64,000 bases of DNA from NCBI GenBank assembly GCA_964252035.1, contig OZ176200.1. One strand, 5' to 3'. Made by a program: the position numbers and the translations under genes. The notes below the pieces were generated by a model that saw only the letters and a program-made list of their open reading frames with translations, had not been told where the DNA came from and made no database searches. The DNA is from Podarcis erhardii (taxonomy: Eukaryota). Positions 36,186-47,827 of the stretch are shown piece by piece. The number at the start of each line of letters is the position of its first letter. Within the stretch, counting starts at the first letter, position 1.

Positions 36186-37253
36186 TTCCTAAATCCAAGG
36201 CTGTCACTTCAGGCTATGCCCAGTCACTTTAGGATACAGCATTTACTTTTTTCAATTTTTCTGTTTTGCATGTGGGGCTTATTGTTGCTTCTTTTTGTGA
36301 CTCTGCATAGTTGCTTTTAGTATGAGGTTCATTAGAAAAAAAACTCCACCCTGCAAGGTTCCCCCCCCCTTTTCTTCATACTTACTGATTCATTCTACTC
36401 CACCCTTCTCTTCATTAAGAGTTTTATGCAGAAGGCACTTCTTCTTTTTAAAAAGAAGTTCCCCCCCCCTTTAGCAAGTCCCCCCCCCTTTAGCTCTTCC
36501 GATGCCCTCCTGGCAGCACAGCAGCTTGGCACCTTTGGGCAGGCGCCTTGCCTGGGTACCGCGGGGTGTGATTTCACAGTCTTGCTTCAGTTAGCAGCAG
36601 AAAATAGCTTGGAAATATACTGCTCTTAAAAAAAAGGATTAAACGTGAATATGAATAACTTACAAATGAAATGATGTTCTCTGTGTAGGTTTGGTAAACA
36701 TTTTGAGAATCAAGATAAGGCTGTTTCTGCATGACTTGAGCCAACAACCAGTACAAATGGAAGGAACTTTCATATGGATCTGGTATAGATTGCAAAGTAA
36801 TATAAGGTTCAAGAGGCATGATTTACAGTGTGTCTGCAGTGTTAAAACAATGCTGTGTAATGGTTTACTCAAATTATTATTGGGGTTAGTTCAACAAGTT
36901 GGCATGCCTACTTGACCAGTTTTTCAACAATCTGACGACTTAATAAATTTAGCCTGATTTAAAAGAAATCTAATCCAGGGGCGGACTTTGGTAATTTTTG
37001 GTAATAAGATGCCCTTAGCAAGGCCAAAATTTGGCGCCCCCAAACAGATCTTCTCAATTTTGCACTGCCTCGGCTCAGCACCCTTGGGGGGGGGGGAACT
37101 GCCCACAGTACCCTAAATCTGGTGCTGTCCCATCAGATCAATCTTCTGTGAATGTGAGAGGTATGGTCCATTCATGAGAGCATGTAGAAGGGGAACAGAC
37201 ATCACTGCAAGTTTCCACTTGCCAGTGTGTCAAGAAGTAATAATGGTGTAGAG

Positions 37254-37488
37254 CAGGGGTAAGCAACCTAAGGCCCAATCACCTTCTAAATCGGGCCCGT
37301 GGATGGTCCAGGAATCAGTGTGTTTTTACATGAGTAGAATGTGTCCTTTTATTTAAACAGCACCTCTGGGTTATTTGTGGGGCATAGGAATTCGTTCATT
37401 TATTTATTTTTTCAAAATATAGTCTGGCCCACCACATGGTCTGAGGATGGTGGACCGGCCCATGGCTGAAAAAGGTTGCTGACCCCTG
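37254..37488. mobile_element. hAT MITE ~400 bp upstream of SLC25A22 exon 2
   Basis: TIR CAGGGGTAAGCAACC / GGTTGCTGACCCCTG and 8-bp TSD gtgtagag/gcgtagag (7/8). Confidence 0.85.
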
Positions 37489-37889
37489 GCGTAGAGCATG
37501 TGAAAGAGTACCTCTACCTTGTTTGAAATAAGAGCAGAAGCTCCATGTCTCCGGAGAAGGAATCCAAGGATGCCCTTTCTTAGGCAGATAATGTGGTTTT
37601 CCTGGGATGTTTGAACCTTGGCATCTTCCTTTGTACGTCATAGACCCTGGAAGACTGCTCTTTACTGTTTTAAAATTTGGATGTGGAAGAGAAAATATTT
37701 TATACTCTTCTTTGGATGTTTTTAGATTATGCCTCTTTGTTTTTTGGTCCTTTTCTCAAAATGAGGATGCCTAATCTACTTTGCATGATTCTCCTGATGA
37801 TGACAGAGATTGTAAGTGCTCTTATTGAATATAAAAAGCTTATAGCGATGATGAGAAACTATAATCCTGGTATTTCTGTCTCTTTCTAG

Positions 37890-37986
37890 ATAACCATTTG
37901 CTCAGAAATACGTGACTGAACGCCAGAGAATTTGAAAGACTTCTGGAAGAACAAATCTAGTTTCCACAAGATCAAATCTGTATTAA
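37890..37986 (+). other. SLC25A22: 5'UTR part of SLC25A22 exon 2
   Basis: Pyrimidine-rich acceptor tatttctgtctctttctag| at 37889, with no ATG before 37987. Confidence 0.65.
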
Positions 37987-38006
37987 ATGGCTGATAAACA
38001 GATCAG
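37987..38006 (+). CDS. SLC25A22: SLC25A22 first coding exon (MADKQI S-)
   Basis: ATGGCTGATAAACAGATCAG|gtaaaa gives 20 coding nt, as in human SLC25A22 (MADKQIS). In phase with the next exon. Confidence 0.93.
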
Positions 38007-39649
38007 GTAAAAGCATTTCTTCTCTCAACTGTTGTCTCTGCTTCTGGTTCCTTTTGTCCTTCCACATTTGCTTTTCTTCATTCGTAAGGTCCACAACACA
38101 TCCCAAAGTACTCTCGTCTTTCTCTACCCCTTTGCCTTTCTTCATTATTGCCCCTGATGGTCTTGTGGTTGGAACAGAATAGGAGGAACAGCACATGGAG
38201 CAGATTCAAACATTCAGGCTGCAATGCTGTGCCCACTTAGCTGAGAGTATGCCCCGTATTCCATGGGACAGGAATACTTTTGATACAAGGACCCACATGC
38301 TTGAAATCATATCTGCATAGGTGATTCATAAGCTTTAGACATCCTGCATGTTTGGGAGACAGGCCCAGTTGTTAGTTTTTGAGGTGGATAGATACACTGG
38401 GATGCAAAGAGTTGGGTTGTTGTTTCTGTCTGCATCAGGTCTTTTCTGTTCCCCTTCTTTTGGCAGCCACTTGCACTCTACAAAAAGCTAGTTATCAGGA
38501 CACTCCATGCAGCAGCATACAATGTGAGTGGATTCAGCCGGGGAAAATTAGTAAACAATCAAACTCACACTCATAATGCACTGTGGAATTACTGTCCATG
38601 AGTATATGGGCCTGTTTGTCCTTAGAACTAGATCCATGTTAATTTAATCATAACTTGATTTAACTCCCATTGAAATCAGTGGGAGCGAATTTCAACTTAA
38701 GTCACTCTGGAACTAACCCTATAATTCTGACGTTTAAAATAGAAGTAAGATAAATAAGTTTTGTATGATACTGGCAATATTATTAATTTATTTTAGAGGC
38801 ACAGGAATGCACCTTTGAAATACCAATAATAAAAAATTGGGGCATGCAAACATCTTTTAATTAATGTACATATTTATCTGGGAAATAGAAAGTCTAGAGG
38901 AGTGAAAACAGGCCATATGCAGCCTCCAGCCAGATTTTATCCAACACTTCAGGTACCTTCCCAACTATCAGCAGGGAGGGAAAAGGACTTTGATGTTGTG
39001 CAAGGTTGTGCAATTTCAACTCTTTCCTCTGTGAGAAGATCAAATCAGGGAGCAAAATGTCTCATCGGAATTCTGCTTCTTACAAATATAGTATGCATGC
39101 AATTTAAGGCTGCAAAGTTTGAGGCTATAAAGTAAGACTGTGCAATGATCTTACTTTAATTCTTCTGCTGGGTTTACTGAGCTCTTTTTGCCTTTTGCAC
39201 AGTCAGGACAGGCAAATGATATTGCAGAGTTGTTGTTTTTTGCTGCAAACGTTGCGGGGTGGGGGGAAGTATGAGGAAAATGGAAGGTGAAAAGTTGAGT
39301 GGGGTTACTAAGAAATATATTGCCTGTTTTCATGGGAAATAGCTTTGTGAGCTTGCCTATATATTACTGGAAGGTGATCCATGACAGCTTTCCACTGGGT
39401 GAATATTTACCAATCCTGGGTTAAAGCAATGGGTGATGTTGCAGAAATTATATTAAACTGAGGCATAATATCTTATAGTAATGGCATGTTTTTCTAGGGG
39501 TTAAAGTTAGTGCTATAGAAAAGCTTAATAGGTGTTATGTGCTAGGGAGAGTCTTACCCCACCAATAGTCTGACTGAAGCATTTTGCACCAGCTGGAGCC
39601 CCCAGACCAGGCCCAAGGGTAGTCCCATGTACTGCACATTGCAGTAATC

Positions 39650-41515
39650 TTTTTATTTTATTTTATTTTTTTTAAAATAATTTTTATTGGGTTTTTACAT
39701 TTTATAACAACAAACACACACACAAAGACAAGAACACACAAACACACAAATACAATTACATACCCTAATTTTCTTTACCCACTTTCATTGACTTCCCCCC
39801 ACCCCCTCCTCTTACATCCCAGTTCCAAAATTAATTCAGCAAGTTCTTACCTAACCTCTTAAAGATATTCATATTGTTTTTAAAAATTAAATTCTTTTTG
39901 TTTATCTATATTCAACTTATCCAATTCTCTTATAATCATTAATTTCTTTTTTTTAAGGTCGATCTAACTTCCCCTCCACAAATTTTCCCTTTATTATATT
40001 AATTATAGGTCACATTGACCAAGTAAAACAAAACAAAACATTTTATAGTTCTATTCTCTCCCCCCCCCCGCCCCGGTTTCTGTCCCTTCCCAGACAAATG
40101 TCTAAAAAAAACAAACAAAAAATAGTTCTTAGCCCGGATTCCTCACGTCCGAGGCGTCTGATTCTCTGTCAGTCCCTCTCTGCCAACTATGTTGGTAGTT
40201 CTCTTTGTTGGTCCTAAGACCCCGAAGGAGTTCAGTCAGAGTCACATCATATTTTCTTTCATCCAGAATGTTAAAGAGTATTTGCTGCGAAAGACCATCT
40301 AGTTTTCCATACTCAAGAGGAAAGTCCCAATCATGTTGCTTTATTCTTTTTAGTTTTAATATTCCAAGTACTCCAGGGACTTCTCTCTTCTTCTTTCTCA
40401 TCTTTCGCAGGTTTGTAATCCAAAGGTCTTCTTGCTCATACTCTAACAATGCAGATTCCTGGTTGATATTTTCCACTTGTAGTGTCTGAACTCCTTCTTT
40501 CTTCTCTGTCAATTCCAAAGGCATCTCTTCCTGCTCAGCTGCAGAGTTTTTATCATGCGTCTCCTTTGTGCATTCAGCAGAGTTGTTTGTTTCAGAATTC
40601 AAGGTCATAAAAACTTTACTCAAAGCCATACTCTGCTCCTGCAGGATTCCCACGAGAAAGAACATTTTTTCTATCTCCGCCAGTAATTTTCCCTCTGCAG
40701 CCATTATAATGTCACTAATTCCCCCTAGGGGGCTTTCAGTTATTTAGTAGTCCTTTTCCAATAATCTGTTACTTTGTTATTATCAATACTTTGTTTCCAA
40801 TCGCCTCAGTCCAAATGTATCAACTTTAATTCCAAGAGTTGTTAAATAACAAAATTCTTTACTTTGTCCGCCCGTTTGACAGCTTCTTTGACAGCTGTCA
40901 AACTCCTTTCACTTCTTCCTCCGGCACCCAAATAGGACACTCCCGGGTTTTTGGGGGGGATTACACACAAAGTTCCAAAATTCCCTTTCTCTCCAGCACA
41001 AAATCTTCTTCTATCAAATTTGTGAAAAACTTTTAAATCATCAAAACAGTATTCATTCCGCCTTAATTCTCCGTTCCTTGCTTTAAATCGTCTATAAGTA
41101 GAGGGGGTGCGGACTTCCCTTTAACACATCCCCCGATCGTGCCGAATTCACAGGATAAAATTTTTAAAGTCCAAATTCCACTACTCACGGGTCCTTTGTT
41201 ATCCAGTCCAAATTTTGGGAAGAAAGTCAGCGCTCTCCGGCCATGGCTTGCGGCTTCACTCCACTGAGATAGCGGTCTACTCTCAGCACCACGCCACTCT
41301 CCGTACCCTCTCCGCAGCCTTTAAAAAGGCTCTTCGTGGGTCGGGGAGGGCGCTTAAGGTGCCCACCGAGTCACCAAGTCCGCAGGCTTCCGCGCCTGCG
41401 GTTTCTGAGGGTCCCCGTGTCGCCGGCACGGCAAGACCCGTCCTCAGTAGAGCCGATTCCCTCCGGAGCTCGGAGGGAATCCGCCATTAGCCGTTCGCGC
41501 TAACCCGGAAGTCTC
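39650..41515 (-). mobile_element. 1.87-kb non-autonomous L1-related retroelement carrying one orphan ORF
   Basis: 18-bp TSD ctgcacattgcagtaatc (39632-39649, 41516-41533). CpG-rich 5' end homologous to the full-length L1 5'UTR; L1-like 3'UTR with AATAAA and an (AAAAT)n/A tail. No ORF1 or ORF2 motifs. Confidence 0.88.
40129..40704 (-). CDS. Hypothetical 191-aa protein of the non-autonomous element
   Basis: Uninterrupted ATG-to-TAA ORF with strong Kozak context (ataATGG) and an A-rich sense strand. No recognisable domain. Confidence 0.6.
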   Translation of the reverse strand: MAAEGKLLAEIEKMFFLVGILQEQSMALSKVFMTLNSETNNSAECTKETHDKNSAAEQEEMPLELTEKKEGVQTLQVENINQESALLEYEQEDLWITNLRKMRKKKREVPGVLGILKLKRIKQHDWDFPLEYGKLDGLSQQILFNILDERKYDVTLTELLRGLRTNKENYQHSWQRGTDRESDASDVRNPG

Positions 41516-41760
41516 CTGCACATTGCAGTAATCAAGTCTAGAGGTTACCAATGCCTGAATCTTCTGTGGCCAGACCATCCTTGTCCAATAATGGTCATAG
41601 AAAATGTAACAGCCATAACTGGTAAAAGGTTTTCCTTTCAAATGGGGCTACCTGACCCTCCAGCAACCAATTTGGATCCAGGAACAAGTTAACAATTCCT
41701 AATATGCTATACAAGCAATAAGTTATCTCCTCTTTGGTAGCCAACACACAAAATTCTGGG

Positions 41761-42205
41761 TACTACTACTACTACTACTAATAAAAATAATAATTGAATT
41801 TATATACAACCCTATACCAGGGGGTATAAGAGCAGTTCACAGAATAAAATCAAGATATAAAACCACAAAATACATAATAAAAACACAATAGCCCCCCCCC
41901 AAACCACATTTTAAAAGGGCATAGGATGTAAATCAGATCAACCAAAGGCCTAGTTAAAAAGGAATGTCTTTGCCTGATGCCTAAAGATGTATAATGAAGG
42001 CACCATGCAAACTTCCTTGGGGAGGGCATTCCACAGACAGGGAGCCACTACAGAGAAGACCTGTTCTCATGTTGCTACCCTCTGGACCTCTCAAGGAGAA
42101 GGCACACGAAGGAGGGCCTCAGAAGATGATCTGAAGGTCTGGGTAGGTTCATATGGAAAGAGGCGGTCCTTGAGGTATTGTGGTCCTGAGTCATTTAAGG
42201 TACCA
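41761..42205 (-). mobile_element. L2-clade LINE 3' fragment (second family)
   Basis: gggagggcattccac...gagccactacagagaag pattern, shared with 60630-60920. Simple-repeat tail. Confidence 0.7.
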
Positions 42206-42347
42206 TATATCAAACTAAAAACTTGGTCCTCAGCATATCTCTATTATTTATGTCACCATTGTTGTCTTAATAAACCAGAGTATTTTATATTTTGTGGGTT
42301 TACAGTTGACCAGCAGGCAATGAACTACAAGATGTTAGGGCATAAAC

Positions 42348-42651
42348 CAGAGGTGGGGAACCTCTGTCGGGCCAAGGTTGGCTCACTGCCAACCTTGGCC
42401 CGACAGGCGCTCCAAGTTGGCATGTGAGGTCATTCCCCGCAAACCACAGCTGCCTGTCACTCACTGGGTGATGTTAGCTGATGGGTTTAGTCCTGCTGGA
42501 TGCTTGTTCCCTTTGGGGAAGCATGCTGGGGAAGCAGACTACTCCCCCCCAACCCCATGGTTCAACTTTGTCAGGTGGGTTACTCTGCCCACTGGGGGAT
42601 GGGAGATGATGATAATCTGGCCCACTAGGACGAAAAGGTTGCCAACCCCTG
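42348..42651. mobile_element. hAT-like MITE
   Basis: CAGAGGTGGGGAACC / GGTTGCCAACCCCTG termini. 8-bp flanks gcataaac/gcatacgc (6/8). Confidence 0.7.
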
Positions 42652-42692
42652 GCATACGCTGTAATTATGTAGCTAATTTGTTGTTTTGTACC

Positions 42693-43005
42693 GGCGCTGT
42701 GGGTTAAACCACAGAGCCTAGGACTTGCCGATCTGAAGGTCGACAGTTCGAATCCCCGTGACGGGGTGAGCTCCCGTTGCTCGGTCCCTGCTCCTGCCAA
42801 CCTAGCAGTTCGAAAGCACGTCAAAGTGCAAGTAGATAAATAGGTACTGCTCCAGCGGGAAGGTAAACAGTGTTTCCGTGCGCTGCTCTGGTTCGCCAGA
42901 AGCGGCTCAGTCATGCTGGCCACCGGCTCCCTCGGCCAATAAAGCGCCGCAACCCCAGAGTCGGTCACGACTGGACCTAATGGCAGGGGTCCCTTTACCT
43001 TTACC
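42693..43005 (+). mobile_element. Sauria SINE (5'-clipped, two internal deletions)
   Basis: tRNA-like head with B-box GGTTCGAATCC-like motif, body matching 62892-63240, and (ACCTTT)n tail. Confidence 0.9.
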
Positions 43006-43699
43006 CTACCGTCACAGCAATCTGTGACTTTAGAATGGAATCAAGCAAGTGTTCTTGCAGTGTCTGTTTAACAGACAACAGAGCTGTTTAACAGACACAG
43101 AACATATCACAGCAAATGGCACGTAATGCTCAGGTGAGTTGTCAACGCCCAACTTTGATACTTCTGCTTAATGGCTGGCTCTTCTGAATCAACCATTTTG
43201 GGTGTGCTGCCAGACCTTTCCTGAAAAGCGAGTCTCCCTCTGAGAATCTGAGCAGCTTTTCTACTTGCTGTTGCCCTTTGAGAAAATGCTTTCTGATCCT
43301 TTGGCTCTGCTTACGTCCAGCCATTGTCTATTTCACGAGTGATTTTCCAATTTCATTGTTACCTAAGAGCAGCTTTTGTAGAGAGAGCCTTAGCTAGACA
43401 ATGAGTGTTGTCTTCTGACAAAGAGTTGGGGATTTTGTTATTTTAATGGTTTCAGGGAAAAGAGATCCTCTTACTGGCACATCTTATAATTGAGACAACA
43501 GGTTTTAATGTGTGTGGTTTTTTAAAAATGCAGGATAGGACGACACAGAGAACTACTAGCTGTGTGACAACAAACTCCCTTGGTTGCCCCCTGGGATTAC
43601 TTTTTTTGAGTGAAAGACAAGGGAAGCGCAACCCTTTTGATTCTCTGACCTGGACTCCTTAAAGGCTTTTGGTGCCATCACAAATGGTGTCCTTCTTGA

Positions 43700-44800
43700 T
43701 ATTGATTGTCTAGGGTAGGTTTGAGAGGCACTGCCCAGCAGTGGTTCTACTCATTTTTGGATAGCCATTTCCGGAAAGTAGGGCTGGGATAATACTCTTC
43801 ACCCCTTAGTGCTTTGTGAGTCCACAGGGTTTCCATGCTGTTTAACATCTACATGAAGCTGCTGGGAGAGGTTATCCTGAGATTTGGTCTGATTTGTCAC
43901 CCATAAGGAGATGGCACCCAGCTTTCTCTCTCACTTTCGTTGGACTTAGCTGAGGTTGTCACAACCCTGAACCAGTATTTGGGAGTGATTATGGGCTGGG
44001 TGAGGGTGAATAAACCAAGACTCAGTTCAAACAAGAATGCTGATAGTGGTTCATTCACCCAGGTGATTATTTTCAGCCTATTTTACATGGGATTCCATCC
44101 CCCATAAAGGACCACAGTTTGCAATCTGGGGTGCTTATTGATCCAGCGCTATGTTCCTCAAAGCGCTGTTATCAGCTTCAGCTAATTCACCAGCTGCAAC
44201 CTTGTTTGGGTGGAGATAGTGTGGCTACAATTACCCATGTTCTGGTAACCTTCCATTTTAGACTATTGCAATGCATTGTATATAGACCACCCAATAAAAA
44301 AAGTCTGCAAATACAGTTGTTCCAGAATAGGGCACAATACTATTAGCTGTGTCTGCCTAGTTCTAGGGCCAATTTAAAGGTCTGATTTTAATCCATAGAG
44401 CCTAAACCATTTGGGACCAGATTGAAAGAAATGTCCTCTGCCATATGCATGTGGTGGAACTTTAAGACCCTCTTCAAAGACTTTGATTCAGGTGGCCCTG
44501 CCCAATGAAGGATTGCAGATAACCAACTGGTGGGGGGGGTTCCTTTCAATAGTGGCACTCACTTATGCAATAGCCTTCCCATGAAAGCTAGCCTTGCACC
44601 CTCTTTGTCAGGCATCCGCAAACTCGGCCCTCCAGATGTTTTGGGAGTACAATTCCTATCATCCCTGACCACTGGTCCTGTTAGCTAGGGATGATGGGAG
44701 TTGTAGTCCCAAAACATCTGGGGGGCTGAGTTTGGGGATGCCTGCTCTTTGTGGTCTTTTTGGTGCCAGACAAAGACTTTTCTGTTCATCCATGTGTTCT
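43700..44800 (+). mobile_element. Old degraded L2-clade RT/3' fragment; boundaries approximate
   Basis: Residual ...FRLLQC/LDYCN-like and LQLFQNRA motifs. The 3' end is interrupted by the hAT MITE at 44609. Confidence 0.6.
44609..44744. mobile_element. 136-bp palindromic hAT MITE nested in L2
   Basis: TIR CAGGCATCC / GGATGCCTG with perfect 8-bp TSD ctctttgt (44601-44608, 44745-44752). Confidence 0.92.
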
Positions 44801-45859
44801 ATGCAACTTCTGTAGTCTGGCCCTTTCAGATTTTCTAGTGTTTCTGATTTTGAGAGTATAGTGGGCTTTGTTTTCGTGGTTTATTTTGTATGTAGGTAAG
44901 TGTCTGGATTTATATTAGTCCAGCTGCCTGGCTGTACACAACTGATAATATTTAGACTGCATAACACGCACCAGGGAGTGTGGGTTGGAGAGTGAGAATA
45001 CTGATTTAAACCTGTTTGCTGTAAGAGATTCTTTGTCAACTTGCAGAATTGTGCTGCAGAATACAATGGGGTTGTTATTCTAAACTTTACTCTGGGATGT
45101 TTTTCATAATCTGCTGAATTTCCAAGGTGGCTCAGTGTTAATTTACTATAGTTTCAGATTTAGAGGAAGGGAAGGCTCCATGATTTTCATTGTTTATAAA
45201 TCATGAAATGCAAACTCGGAATAATCAGCTCTGGATAACTATTTTTTTAAAGGCTATTATGTCTCTCTTTCTGTCCCATTTCTGGCCTATTTGAAAGCCC
45301 TCAGAGTTCTTTTGTCAGTTGACCAAAGTGGAGCTCACTTCTCAACCCTCCCCCCTTCTTATAAACCTTCTGATATAGGCTCAGTGCCAGGCATTATAGG
45401 CCCTAATATATGACTGGGCACAAAGATATAAAGTTTTTTTGGGGAGGGGTCTTTTAAACTTAACTTCATTTGAGAGGTGGGTTTCCTGCTCTTAGGCTTC
45501 TTTATTCTGAAATCAGCAAATTTCAGCAAAGTTCTACAATACTGCTTTTGTGCAACTAGTGAGTCATTACTATACTATGGACGCTACTACTACTACTACT
45601 ATTTCTTTTTCTTTTTTTCTGCAACTGTTGCAATCATAAAAGAATTATGTGAATCTCAGGCTTTCCATGAAAAAAATTTCTGATGTCCTGTGACCATGAG
45701 ATTATGTAGATTTTTCTATGGCAATTGTACACATGCTTGCTTGACAGCAGCACCCATTGATCTTGTATCTGAATAGTCACATTCCAAATAAGGAACTCTA
45801 GTCTGGCACGGAAAAACCTAAGCTGAGAGTCTTGTGATTCCTTAAGTACCATAACCTTT

Positions 45860-45955
45860 CATGAAGAGGAGTCTTCATAACTAACCCATCTGATGAATGG
45901 GACTCTAATCCATGAAAGCTTCCACCACAACAAACCTGTTGGTCCCTAAGATGCA
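45860..45955 (+). mobile_element. Degraded Penelope-like element terminal fragment with a decayed hammerhead motif
   Basis: CTGATGA(45890)...GAAAGCTT(45914-45921), followed by aaacctgttggtccctaagatgc, similar to the tail at 46700-46735. Confidence 0.6.
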
Positions 45956-45975
45956 ATGAGAGTTTTCTGAGGCCC

Positions 45976-46638
<663 letters not shown>

Positions 46639-46663
46639 TAAGTTTTTACAAACATGTAAGCAT

Positions 46664-46701
46664 GTATCTGAAGAAGTGTGCATGCACACGAAAGCTCATA
46701 C
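46664..46701 (+). ncRNA. Minimal type-I hammerhead ribozyme motif (Penelope-associated)
   Basis: GTAT-CTGAAGA-A-GTGTGC/AT/GCACAC-GAAA-GC-TC-ATAC: stem I GTAT/ATAC, intact CUGANGA and GAAA core, perfect stem II, palindromic AGCU stem III, UC cleavage site. Confidence 0.75.
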
Positions 46702-46760
46702 CAAGAACTAACTTAGTTGGTCTTTAAGGTGCTACTGGAAGGAATTTTTTTATTTTGTTT
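46667..46760 (+). mobile_element. 94-bp Penelope-like element terminal fragment
   Basis: 10-bp TSD taagcatgta (46657-46666, 46761-46770). Hammerhead motif followed by ...ttagttggtctttaaggtgctactgg, typical of reptile PLE ends. Confidence 0.8.
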
Positions 46761-47674
46761 TAAGCATGTAAGTACTTGAGTTACAAAGTGAAAGAAATTG
46801 TGTAGTAGTTATTCATCAATCATTTCTTTTTTGAACAATCAATTTGCACAGTAAAGCTGCTTTGCAGTACTGTACTTATTTTTTTCTTATTTGAACAAGA
46901 GTTTTACATTTGGGTCTTGCACTAGTTGTTTAGTAGTTGTTTAGAACAGAGAATTTCTTTCTCCTATACTACTATCAAATGTGCAACAGTCCTTCTCCTG
47001 TCACCCACCCTGTCATCTCTTATTATAGAACATAATATATATATTTTTAAGTTTCAGTTTTAAAAATTGAAACGATTCATGATTAACTTCTTGGTTATCA
47101 TTTGTACAGGGTATTAACTTTAATAATTAAGCCATCAAAAATCCAATATAAGCCCCTACATACTCAACATTCCTAATGGATTACAGCTGCAATCCTATGT
47201 GCACTTACCTTTGAGTAAGTACCATTGAACTCAGCGAATGCTTTTGAGTGGACAAGAATAGCATTGCACTCCATGCCCCCCGTTCATCTGTAGGCTTTAG
47301 CATGGGGACAAGCAAAAAGCGTTAGGTACATGATTCCAAAGAAATCTGTAGATCAGGAAAGCAGTTTTGCTTCTGGCATTGCCTTTTAATTAGCTAAGGA
47401 TAACTCCTGGGGGTTATTCTGATATGTCTTATGAAAGGCAGTGCATCCTTCAGAGAGAGGTGCTGTTGCTTTTTGCTGCACCTGGTCTTGTATCAGTTTT
47501 TACAAAGACTTCCATTTTTCCACCAGCATAAAACTGGAAAAAAAATGTTCCATCTCTTTTCTGCCTTTCTAGTGAAGCCTGCTGAGGTGTATGAATTGCC
47601 TGCTCTTCTCACCTGCAGCCAGATGACTAACACAGGACAAAGAGCAGCTAGCTGAGCAATGTGGCCAGACTTAA

Positions 47675-47827
<153 letters not shown>

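Noticed and set aside
35706-36320. 204-aa plus-strand ORF (and 41987-42427, 42474-42968)
   Set aside because: Antisense frames of L2 or Sauria SINE repeats, with no coding signature.
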